From: Candidatus Oxydemutatoraceae bacterium
GTDB lineage: Bacteria > Pseudomonadota > Gammaproteobacteria > Poriferisulfidales > Oxydemutatoraceae
Length of the DNA stretch: 64,000 nucleotides
Assembly: GCA_965219575.1 (NCBI GenBank)
Contig: OZ244779.1
Span: 1,900,769-1,964,768 of the forward strand
Direction: 5' to 3'
In this document: in pieces, positions 20,301-28,389 of the stretch
Numbering within the stretch: position 1 is the stretch's first letter
How the letters are laid out: every line of letters starts with the position of its first letter
Translations under genes and position numbers: made by a program
The notes under the pieces: model-generated
Database searches by the model: none
Seen by the model: only the letters and a program-made list of their open reading frames with translations
Told to the model about the DNA's origin: nothing

Positions 20301-22658
20301 CACCCGTTCGGTGTCTTTGCCGATCGTGGTTGCGGTGCTTTCGGAGACATGCACTTCGTAGACGATCTGCTCGGCAGCACTGCGGTCGTCGGTCGATGCC
20401 ATCCAATCCAGTGCAATGGCGGTCGTGGAAGAAGCATACGCAGACACGATGACCGGCGCAGTCGGGGGTGTTTCGTCGTTGCCGGTTGGTAGCGGCAACA
20501 TTATGCTCACCGCCGGGCTGACGGCACTCTCACCCTGCTCATTGACTGCACTCACCGCGTAGTAATAAAGTTGCCCTCGGATTAGCCCGGTGTGTACATA
20601 GCCGGTGCCGTAGATATCCGAGATGACTTGATCCGCTTGAGCGGCATTAATATCGGCAAAGCTGTTCCAATAAATCTTATACGAGGTTGCCCGATTTACC
20701 GGTCGCCAGCTGAGCGCAATGACATCGTCGCGTGCCTCAAGAATCAAATCGCGCGGCGGCGCAGGCGGCGAGGTTGCGGTGCTTCCGGTTCTGATATAGG
20801 TCGTTAGTTGCGTCGGGGTGCGCGCCGCTTGGGGAATCGCAGTCAGCGAACCGTCGGCATCACTGTAGACCAGCACCCGCTCCGTGTCTGCGTCTAAGAT
20901 CAGATGATACGGTGCTCGGACGGTGACCGGACTCAATAGAACGGTGCGGTTGCCGTTATCAAGGTCAACCTCGACTACAGCCCTCAAACCATTGTCCGCA
21001 ACATACGCCAAACCGGCATCGTCGTCCAGCACGACTGCAATCGGTTGATCGAACGAGGGGCCGGAACCTCTTTCCGGTATCACGCATATCGCTCGCACCA
21101 AACAGCCCGAAACGATGGCTCTCTCACCGGTCGTCGCATCCACCATGAGCAGTGCGTCCAGCTGGTCGTCTACGACGACGATACGCGTCGCAGAACTATT
21201 GATGCTCAACGCTTGCGGGTGTAGCATGACGGTGCCGTCTCCGATGTTGCGTTCCTCAACAGGACATAAATCGCTTGCCGTACATCCCGAAACTACACTG
21301 CGGTTGCCGTTCGTTAAATCTACTGCGATAAGTGCGCTCAAATAGGTATCGGTGATAATCAGGCGATTGCCGGCCTCGTCCAACACCGCATCGGTCGGTT
21401 GCGTTAACGGCACACCGCCGCCCACCCGGTATTGCCCCGACGGACAGCGGTTGACGATGTCGCACCCGGAAACCACACTGCGACTGCCGTCGGTCAAATC
21501 AACCGCAATCACCGCACGCAGAAAACTATCGACGATATACAACCTGTCGGTGCTGTCGCTATGCCCGACAAAGACCAAATCATGAATATCCACCTCGCCG
21601 ACCTGAGTGCCGGTATCCACCAGTTGTTGTCTCGAACCCGACGGGTTAACCGTCCATAGCGTGTGGTCGTCTCCCAATGCGTATAATGCCCCCGACTCGG
21701 ACAGCACCGTGTCTTGCACGCGCTCGGGCAGCGTAGGCAGTGTAGCACCTGAAACTATATTAGAAATACCGCCACTCAGCGCACCTTCTAAAAATACCCG
21801 CGCCCGTACTTTGATCGCCCCCGATCGCTTGCGGTATTGCACCTCGTAAGTGCCACGACACAGGTTGCCGTCGGCGCGTTGGTACGACCAGTACGCGCGC
21901 CCGTTGCCGTTATCGTTGTCGCTAAACTCGGCTCGCACGATCAGTGTGCGCGTGCCGTTAAATGCCAGGGCAGTACTGTATTGCCCGGTGAATATATAAG
22001 TGCTCGAGCTTATCGCTGCCGACAGCATCGCCGACAATCCGAAATCGTCGGTGAAACGATAACTTGCCGTGTTGCCTGCTTGGCTCATCTCAATTCGCTG
22101 TTCTCGCTCACGCACCGCAGCACACGACCCCGATACCACGGTCGATGTTGTGATAGACAGCCGGTAATTCCCGTTTATATCACGGCTCGGCATGTCGCTT
22201 AGATAATCGACATTGAAAGCCTCCGTACAGAGTGTTTGCGTATCGTCGCAATATCTAAAAGCAACCGTTCCGACAAGACCGATGCCTGCCGTCCCTCGTG
22301 CATTGATCATAGCAGAAGTTCTGATACCTAAAGCGGGTATGAAAACCTGTCTTTGCAACGGCAAAAATTCGTTTGCCAGACCATAGGGCGTTTCATCTAT
22401 GCGCCTGCTGATACCATTCTCCGTTATGTGGAGCGTCAGCGTCGTCGCTTGCGTGGCTTGCTCTCGGCTAGTCGCAATAAACGATAGTGTATAATTCCCT
22501 CCCCAGCGAAGTTCGGAAGGTGTAATCGACGGCGTGCCGAATACCAAAGCGGGTTGTGCAGCACCGATAACCGGCAAGCAACACAAGACAGATAAAGCGA
22601 TTGCTTGCCGAATGACCCGAGAGGTAAATAAACCCCACATTATTATATTTTTAAGCAT
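17325..22658 (-). CDS. Large secreted mosaic protein: signal peptide, NHL/SGL-like beta-propeller, two fibronectin type III domains, unassigned beta-rich region, C-terminal leucine-rich repeats
   Basis: Signal-like ..PVIGAA-QP; repeated VDLxxGxRxVVSGC blades; PPAPPRDL..LSW..YYYAVSAVNEQGES and PPTAP..YYVHVAALDEAGNRS FN3 motifs; 24-aa LSTLPEGIFSGLTxL repeats. Confidence 0.85.
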   Translation of the reverse strand: MLKNIIMWGLFTSRVIRQAIALSVLCCLPVIGAAQPALVFGTPSITPSELRWGGNYTLSFIATSREQATQATTLTLHITENGISRRIDETPYGLANEFLPLQRQVFIPALGIRTSAMINARGTAGIGLVGTVAFRYCDDTQTLCTEAFNVDYLSDMPSRDINGNYRLSITTSTVVSGSCAAVREREQRIEMSQAGNTASYRFTDDFGLSAMLSAAISSSTYIFTGQYSTALAFNGTRTLIVRAEFSDNDNGNGRAYWSYQRADGNLCRGTYEVQYRKRSGAIKVRARVFLEGALSGGISNIVSGATLPTLPERVQDTVLSESGALYALGDDHTLWTVNPSGSRQQLVDTGTQVGEVDIHDLVFVGHSDSTDRLYIVDSFLRAVIAVDLTDGSRSVVSGCDIVNRCPSGQYRVGGGVPLTQPTDAVLDEAGNRLIITDTYLSALIAVDLTNGNRSVVSGCTASDLCPVEERNIGDGTVMLHPQALSINSSATRIVVVDDQLDALLMVDATTGERAIVSGCLVRAICVIPERGSGPSFDQPIAVVLDDDAGLAYVADNGLRAVVEVDLDNGNRTVLLSPVTVRAPYHLILDADTERVLVYSDADGSLTAIPQAARTPTQLTTYIRTGSTATSPPAPPRDLILEARDDVIALSWRPVNRATSYKIYWNSFADINAAQADQVISDIYGTGYVHTGLIRGQLYYYAVSAVNEQGESAVSPAVSIMLPLPTGNDETPPTAPVIVSAYASSTTAIALDWMASTDDRSAAEQIVYEVHVSESTATTIGKDTERVMVQGIYSANVDDLKTSQTYYVHVAALDEAGNRSLSEMISIRTMSMMPKLSTQNEVVLIRIDTELNADGTIIVDRRDDLKVGQVAIMMGQDDSYLRRITRIEIVGSDQMLLYTEQASLADVFSDLSLNMNVRLEDVDDDAAIAAAKSAQVRAEQRGEPAPPADTKLRRFSPALRSPMSVPPSEVWPYQPIFEGGEQIREMHWPDSGFRLRQSEPLSQTDDLLDSIKDAVGLRSEQQPSEPDIPATYEHENIRIITTGFFGLFGDIIKVWYPPYVTAEVNKVASFDVYVEYPENFSERCSVTIDDITQRGTSRGRQGASVRAKPASADARIVEHRVRWRTYERHKSRDEWKMELLFGYPCERSITVPIAVSSDKPVNLSFQGEVTIPIPSIPDGEQRFHGDMDLDFDPEIKISYDRESSKHGTLEVVVGGDVDLDILLEIITASGYTLDGEKEIGKKKSFYRLIFVPTLGIPIPVVVNGELGFKVRGEAGVSAEMNIAQTFQSTYKLRAGFRYKNGRFVPISSADSSSEYEITVKTAAGMMVKFSLIPQLDLGLYASILTNVQLIPYVQGNGDVEGIFERGSGVSLEAAIDSSDYRFTRLDSSLGIASNINVDLEPILIPFAESYELFDLRRAITSLPEMQLRQGRNDENTYTVRVTPGQWFGRERNKIQQGMWSVVPPEGAPRLIRVDENTVRVDDSQEIEEDKYKLRYTGHSRYGRVIQQYQEIPIAVQLLGVCDRTPQVRDEIKQRVDKDDCAEISAEDLATITRMFLDEESIFPSLSSLLTGDFSGLTSLDELILAGNDISTLPEGIFSGLTSLGRLDLDGNELSTLPEGIFSGLTRLYELSLDNNKLSTLPEGIFSGLTRLYELRLDNNKLSTLPEGIFSGLTSLRNLDLYDNELSTLPEGIFSGLTNLRYLDLYNNDLSTLPEGIFSGLTRLDELDLHDNDLSTLPEGIFSGLTSLQWVGLSRNNLGSSYCTSLENQLPLVVVNCDL
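17390..17960 (-). repeat. 72-bp LRR-coding tandem repeat, 8 units
   Basis: GTTAAACCGCTAAAGATACCCTCGGGGAGCGT recurs every 72 bp on the + strand. Confidence 0.95.
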
Positions 22659-22711
22659 GATGTTGAGGAGTGTTGGAATAAATTATATAGCAACCGAGCC
22701 TATCCGCAAAT

Positions 22712-22779
22712 TTACGATTTAACCTATTGGTTCAAACGGTGGTTCTCACGCCTGCCACCCCTCTACAGGAGAGGAATAA
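22712..22779 (-). repeat. Degenerate composite repeat locus D1
   Basis: CGCCTGCCACCCCTCTACAGGAGAGGAAT plus a degenerate copy of the 27-bp hairpin. Confidence 0.7.
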
Positions 22780-22875
22780 TACTTTTTCTATAGCCTCTAA
22801 TCTTCATACCAAAAGTGCCTAGTGCCTTGCAATAGGATATAATATGATTTTGTTAATATGAAGTAGTGAATAAAG

Positions 22876-23079
22876 ATGTCCGAGATAGCTATGTACAATG
22901 TATTGACAAAACTAGGTGCGACCCCTGAGGAAGCCGAGAAAGCCGTAGCCGATGTTGCTAGTACGAAAAATGTCGCAACTAAAACAGACATAGTGGAACT
23001 AAAAACAGAACTGAAGTATTTACGATGGCTAATTGTCGTCGTAGTCGGTATTGCAGTAGGACTTATCAAATATCTGTAA
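22876..23079 (+). CDS. Small coiled-coil membrane protein, DUF1640/CCDC90-like
   Basis: LTKLGATPEEAE..VATKTDI..LKTELKYLRW followed by a C-terminal TM helix; family call from remembered motif only. Confidence 0.7.
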   Translation: MSEIAMYNVLTKLGATPEEAEKAVADVASTKNVATKTDIVELKTELKYLRWLIVVVVGIAVGLIKYL

Positions 23080-23097
23080 TTTAATTTAAGCCATATG

Positions 23098-23392
23098 GGC
23101 CGTCCCGTCAGACGTAGCCTGCCACCTCTCCACAGGAGGGGAATGTACCAATACGATACTCGTGCAGATACTTTTGGGGCTGTTGAAAAAGTATTGGCAC
23201 TGCATAAATCCAACCGCTTGCGCCAACAAATAATGGTTTCCATAATATTAATGGGTAAACGCGTTAATCGTTCAAACATGATACGGTTTCGGGCGGACAT
23301 GTTAGTCCGCCCCTACGGTTGGTTTACAAATATTCATGGCGCAAGCGGTTGTGACCACCCCGTCAGGCTGCGCCTGCCACCCCTCCACAGGC
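23098..23392. repeat. Composite repeat locus D2: two empty CCCCTCC-type elements, a MITE-like end and an empty GTAG hairpin
   Basis: CCCGTCAGGCTGCGCCTGCCACCCCTCCACAGG, GGGGCTGTTGAAAAAGT, GGGCGGACATGTTAGTCCGCCCCTAC. Confidence 0.85.
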
Positions 23393-23408
23393 GATGACTG
23401 GTTCGTCC

Positions 23409-24257
23409 CTACCGGTCGGGGGGTAGCGATAACTGCATCAATACCGCCGAGAACTCTCGCCAAAGATCGCCCGGTGTGCCGTCTCCTATTTGTTGTTCGT
23501 CGACACGGGTCACCGGTACTATGTTGCGCGTCGAACTCGTCAGCCAAATCTCGTCGGCATCCAGTAAGTCTGCACGAGTTAGTGCTTTTTCTTTACAGTC
23601 GACTTTTAACCGCAACGCTATTTCCATTACAACCTTGCGGGTAATCCCTCCCAATATCTTGTTATCGAGCGGCGGTGTCGATAAGCAACCCTCGGTTACG
23701 ATGAATAGGTTGCTCGAGGCACCCTCGGTCACATAACCTTCGTGTATCATGATCGCTTCGTGGCATCCGCGGCTTTCGGTTTGCATGCTGAGCATCACAT
23801 TTGCCAATAAATTGGTGGATTTGATATCACAACGGGCCCACCGTATGTCGTCGGTAGTTATAACACTTACACCGTTTTTGACCTTCTCTTCAAAACCCAC
23901 CCTTGCCGGCATGGTCATTGCAAATACCGTAGGGTGGATGTCGTTGCCGGGAACATGTAATCTAATCGGAGACTGCCCTCTACTGACTTGTAAGTAAATG
24001 GAGAGTTCGGACAATCCGCAACGGCTAATCAACTCGGAAAATATCGTTTTCCATTGTTCATCGGTTTGAGGATTATCGATGCTTATATTCTGTAGACTAC
24101 GATCGAGCCTACGCAGATGGTCGTCGCAACGGAAAATCGTGCCGTAGTATACCGGCAATACCTCGTACACACCGTCTCCGAATAGGAACCCTCTATCCAA
24201 AGGGCTGATAGTACACGCTTCGGCCGGTTGATACTTTCCGTTGAGATAAGCTATCAC
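23409..24257 (-). CDS. dat: D-amino acid aminotransferase (PLP class IV)
   Basis: DRGFLFGDGVYEV, DIKSTNLL, EGASSN, ILGGITR; follows dacA. Confidence 0.88.
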   Translation of the reverse strand: MIAYLNGKYQPAEACTISPLDRGFLFGDGVYEVLPVYYGTIFRCDDHLRRLDRSLQNISIDNPQTDEQWKTIFSELISRCGLSELSIYLQVSRGQSPIRLHVPGNDIHPTVFAMTMPARVGFEEKVKNGVSVITTDDIRWARCDIKSTNLLANVMLSMQTESRGCHEAIMIHEGYVTEGASSNLFIVTEGCLSTPPLDNKILGGITRKVVMEIALRLKVDCKEKALTRADLLDADEIWLTSSTRNIVPVTRVDEQQIGDGTPGDLWREFSAVLMQLSLPPDR

Positions 24258-25405
24258 TGAAATAGATGGATAACGCTATCCGATATACGTGTCCACAGAC
24301 CACCTTCGGCAATAGCGTATAAAGAAACCAATGTGCTTTGTTCTATCGTTTTACCGTCGAAAGATACTGCGACCGAACCCAGCCTTTGACCTTTTTGAAC
24401 CGGTGCGATAATATCCTCGTAGACCATGAGTTCGGTTTTGACATCGGTATTTTTAGTGCGCGGCAATGTGACATAGATGTCTGCAGGCACACCCAGTTCC
24501 AGTTGCTTTCGGTCACCTCCCCAAACCCGCACTTCGGTCAATGCTTTCTGCTTGTCGAACAACTTTGAAGTTTTATAAAAACGATAACCGTAGCGCAATA
24601 ATTCACTCGCTTCGTCGAAACGTTTTTGCCGACCGCTTCCCATAATCACTGCGATTAAACGCATACCGTCTTGTTGAGAGGACACCGCTACACAATAACC
24701 GGCCTTCCGTGTATACCCTGTTTTCAAACCGTCGACATTCATATTCCGCCATAATAACGAATTGCGATTGGGTTGCCGTATATCGTTATAGGTATAATCG
24801 GGTTCGGAATACATGGCATAGTGTTCGGGATAATCGCGTATCAGAACTTGGCTTAAGACGGCAATATCTCGCGAGCTCATATAGTGGTTATCATCGGAAA
24901 GTCCGGTCGAGTTGGTAAAATGCGATTCGCTCAAGCCGAGCTCTTGTGCTTTTTTATTCATTAAATCGGCAAATACCTCTTCGCTGCCCGCTACATGCTC
25001 CGCCAAAGCAACGCTGGCATCGTTGCCGGATTGTATCACCACGCCGGAGAGTAAATCGTCAACCGAAACCAGACTGTCCACCTCTATAAACATTCTGGAA
25101 CCTTCCAAGGCAGCCGCTGTTCTACTAATCGTGACTTTATCGTCTATATTAATCAGACCGTCTTCTATCGCTTGGTAGACGATATAGGCGGTCATCAGTT
25201 TGGTTATACTGGCCGGGTCTATCCTTTGATCCGCATTTTTTTCCGCTAAAACTTTGTTGCTATGGAAATCCATCAATATATAGTTGCGCGCCGCCAAAGC
25301 GGGTGCTTTGGGCACCCATTCGACGGCATACGAAAGCGACGATGCGAGTAGGGCTACAAAAAATAGTAGAACCGAGTTTATATTTTGAAGAGATAAATTT
25401 TTCAT
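24254..25405 (-). CDS. dacA: D-alanyl-D-alanine carboxypeptidase (PBP5/6)
   Basis: PASITK (SxxK), SGN, KTG motifs. Confidence 0.92.
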   Translation of the reverse strand: MKNLSLQNINSVLLFFVALLASSLSYAVEWVPKAPALAARNYILMDFHSNKVLAEKNADQRIDPASITKLMTAYIVYQAIEDGLINIDDKVTISRTAAALEGSRMFIEVDSLVSVDDLLSGVVIQSGNDASVALAEHVAGSEEVFADLMNKKAQELGLSESHFTNSTGLSDDNHYMSSRDIAVLSQVLIRDYPEHYAMYSEPDYTYNDIRQPNRNSLLWRNMNVDGLKTGYTRKAGYCVAVSSQQDGMRLIAVIMGSGRQKRFDEASELLRYGYRFYKTSKLFDKQKALTEVRVWGGDRKQLELGVPADIYVTLPRTKNTDVKTELMVYEDIIAPVQKGQRLGSVAVSFDGKTIEQSTLVSLYAIAEGGLWTRISDSVIHLFQ

Positions 25406-25407
25406 TT

Positions 25408-26247
25408 CTAAAATCTATGCAGAACTTGATAATCGTCAAAACCGTTGCGGACCAGTAGTTTGCCGACCGCGTTCAATTCGTGCCGTGTATTAAAAGGTCC
25501 TAAACGTACGTAGTGGATGTCGGTCGCACCGAGATGACTCGTTCGTCCGAGACTAGGAACCAAATTCTGTTGTTTTAACAAACGCACGGCCCTAGATGCA
25601 TTTTCTATCTCTTTATACGAACCTACTTGTATATAGCTGCGACGACGCTTGCTATCTAAGTTGGATACTTGGGTCTCGGGCTCGGAAACCGGCGCATCGA
25701 TTACTTCTATGGTGACGGGTGCCAAGCCCGCTTCGGTCATATCTATTTTTTTTGCTGCAGCATAAGAGAGATCTACAATACGCCCTTTCACAAAGGGACC
25801 GCGATCGTTGACTCTGACGATTACACTCTTTCCGTTATTATGGTTCAAAACTTTTATATACGAGGGCAACGGTAGGCTTTTATGCGCAGCCGTCATCCGA
25901 TACATATCGTAGACTTCCTGATTAGCGGTTAAACGACCGTGAAACTTTTTTCCGTACCAAGAAGCCAGTCCGTTTTCTCGATAACCTACCGCGACCGGTT
26001 TGATCCAGTAGCGGTTACCGTTAACCACATACGATTCTCCCTTGTTCTCGGGTATCGGGGCGGGTATATACTCGGGTATATACCTAAATGTCTTAGGCAA
26101 CGACACCGGAATTTTCCATTGATCCCTATGCGTGATATTCGGAGTTGAAGTGCTACATCCGACGAAAAGCGTTGCGACCATTGTCGTTATAGCGATCGTA
26201 TAGATACTCGGACGCACTCGGCTATGCATGATTTTGTTTATCGCCAA
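25408..26247 (-). CDS. rlpA: Septal ring lytic transglycosylase RlpA lipoprotein with SPOR domain
   Basis: Lipobox FVGC, GLASWYG, AAHKSLP, RVNDRGPF, IQVGSY. Confidence 0.92.
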   Translation of the reverse strand: MAINKIMHSRVRPSIYTIAITTMVATLFVGCSTSTPNITHRDQWKIPVSLPKTFRYIPEYIPAPIPENKGESYVVNGNRYWIKPVAVGYRENGLASWYGKKFHGRLTANQEVYDMYRMTAAHKSLPLPSYIKVLNHNNGKSVIVRVNDRGPFVKGRIVDLSYAAAKKIDMTEAGLAPVTIEVIDAPVSEPETQVSNLDSKRRRSYIQVGSYKEIENASRAVRLLKQQNLVPSLGRTSHLGATDIHYVRLGPFNTRHELNAVGKLLVRNGFDDYQVLHRF

Positions 26248-26248
26248 T

Positions 26249-27247
26249 CTAGTATTGTTGTTTGATCAGCCGACTCAGTTGATGGATAACCATTGCGTAG
26301 CGATGGCTGTGGTTATATCTTGTAATGACATAGAAGTTATTATAACCTACCCAAATTTTCGGGGCTAAACTCTCATTCTCATTTTCAAACTTAAACAGGG
26401 AGAATACCGGTTCCTGCGGTTCAAAGTTTTGAAGTTCGATGTTGCGTTGCTTCAAATCGGCAACCGAAAGCCACGGTTGAAATTTTTTATTTAACAACGA
26501 CTCGTAATCGCCACCTTCTATCTCCACATAAACGCCCACCGGTTTTTGCGACATCCAACCGTGTCGTTTTATATAATTGGCTACGCTGCCGATTGCGTCG
26601 GCTCGACTATTCCATAAATCTCTGATACCGTCATTATCAAAATCAACCGCATAACTCCTATAACTGCTCGAGATGAATTGCCCGGTGCCCATGGCACCGG
26701 CGTAAGAACCTTTGAGTTTATCGCATTGCAGTGTACTTTCTTGACGACACAATAACAAAAACTCACTGAGTTCTCGCTTGAAAAAATCGGCTCGACGAGG
26801 ATAATCGAAACCTAAGGTGACCAGCGTGCTGAATACCGGAAAACTACCGGTATTTCTTCCGTAAAAGGTCTCTACACCGATAATTGCAACGATCAGTGAT
26901 GCCGGCACACCGAACTCGGCCTCGGCTTTTTCCAGAAAATCCTTATACCGACTCCAGAACATGACACCACCGCTAATGCGCAACGGGGTGATGAATATCT
27001 CCCTGTATTCCGGCCATGGCTTAGCTTCCGCCGGCCTATCCATCGCCGCAATCGCTCGCTCTTGTTTTACCGCAGCTTTGAATTTCTGCTCTAGATCGGC
27101 ACGGTCGAATGCGTGCATAGCGACCATCCGATCTATATAGGCTTTGACATCGTCGCGTTGATAGTAATCCTCGGCAACCGTAAAATCGGCCGGCAGTAGA
27201 ATTAAAAAGACACTCGGCAATAAACGCACATACAAAAATATATTCAT
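26249..27247 (-). CDS. mltB: Lytic murein transglycosylase B
   Basis: IIGVETFYG, GSYAGAMG, ITRYNHS. Confidence 0.92.
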   Translation of the reverse strand: MNIFLYVRLLPSVFLILLPADFTVAEDYYQRDDVKAYIDRMVAMHAFDRADLEQKFKAAVKQERAIAAMDRPAEAKPWPEYREIFITPLRISGGVMFWSRYKDFLEKAEAEFGVPASLIVAIIGVETFYGRNTGSFPVFSTLVTLGFDYPRRADFFKRELSEFLLLCRQESTLQCDKLKGSYAGAMGTGQFISSSYRSYAVDFDNDGIRDLWNSRADAIGSVANYIKRHGWMSQKPVGVYVEIEGGDYESLLNKKFQPWLSVADLKQRNIELQNFEPQEPVFSLFKFENENESLAPKIWVGYNNFYVITRYNHSHRYAMVIHQLSRLIKQQY

Positions 27248-28389
27248 AATCTCTGACTCATCATCGGGCGGTACCTCAGTACCGATATCAACATACCGAA
27301 AGACGCCAATACCGACACGACCGAACTCCCGCCATAACTCACCAACGGCAAAGGCACACCCACAACCGGAAGTAAGCCGCTAACCATCGCAACATTTATA
27401 AAAAAATAGGTGGCAAAAGAAAATGTCAAGCTACCCGCCAACAAGCGCCCGAAATAATCTGCTGCGTTAAGTGTAATTATTATACCCCTAACAACGATAG
27501 CAAGGTATATTAAAATCAATAAACAGCAGCCTATAAACCCGAATTCCTCGGCGAACACCGAAAAAACAAAATCGGTCGAATGTTCGGGTACGAACCCCAA
27601 ATGCGACTGCGTGCCGTTCAACCAACCCTTACCCCAAAGACCACCCGAACCGATAGCGACCTTCGATTGATAGATATGATAACCCCCCTCGCTAAGATAA
27701 TTTTCCGGGTTTAAGAACACGATGATGCGTTGCCTCTGATACTCGTGTAGCGACTCCCATATCGGCACCGACAAAGAGGCCAACAAAACTACAAACAGTA
27801 GAATCCACGACCAGCGAACGCCGGCTAAAAAGATAACCCATGCAGCGGAGATAAAAATTAACACCGATGTGCCTAAATCGGGCTGTTTGAGAACCAAAAT
27901 AACCGGTATCGCCACGACAATCAGTGCCGATAATACCGAACCGAGCGACGGTAGATGATTTTCACGACTCGCAAATATTTTGCAAAGAAATAGAGGCACC
28001 GCAAATTTAAGTATCTCCGACGGCTGAAAAGTCAACAGCCATAGATTGAGCCATCGCTGCGAGCCTCTACCTACCTCCCCCATAGTTAATACAAAAATCA
28101 GAAGTATCAAGCCCACGGCATACGATAACCACGCCCACCTGCGATACACGATCAAAGGCACCGACGCAAACACGATAAAGCAAGCAAAACCTATGGCTAA
28201 ACGCCATACTTGCTTCCACAACAACTCGGCACTTTGTCCCTCCGAACTGTATAGTATCATTAAACCGATACACGATAACGCAATAAGTAAAATAAATAAC
28301 GGATAATCTATCTTTGAAAATATATCTTTTGCTAAAGTGCGCAACCCGACAAAAGAAACGACATTCCGGTCTATACCGTTTGCGATCAT
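27244..28389 (-). CDS. rodA: Rod shape-determining protein RodA
   Basis: GSQRWL, FQPSE, QPDLGT, PEHSTDF, SYGGSS. Confidence 0.94.
   Translation of the reverse strand: MIANGIDRNVVSFVGLRTLAKDIFSKIDYPLFILLIALSCIGLMILYSSEGQSAELLWKQVWRLAIGFACFIVFASVPLIVYRRWAWLSYAVGLILLIFVLTMGEVGRGSQRWLNLWLLTFQPSEILKFAVPLFLCKIFASRENHLPSLGSVLSALIVVAIPVILVLKQPDLGTSVLIFISAAWVIFLAGVRWSWILLFVVLLASLSVPIWESLHEYQRQRIIVFLNPENYLSEGGYHIYQSKVAIGSGGLWGKGWLNGTQSHLGFVPEHSTDFVFSVFAEEFGFIGCCLLILIYLAIVVRGIIITLNAADYFGRLLAGSLTFSFATYFFINVAMVSGLLPVVGVPLPLVSYGGSSVVSVLASFGMLISVLRYRPMMSQRL

Noticed and set aside
17031-23400. Integrase-driven island or prophage at ssrA
   Set aside because: No integrase and no duplicated ssrA 3' end were seen.
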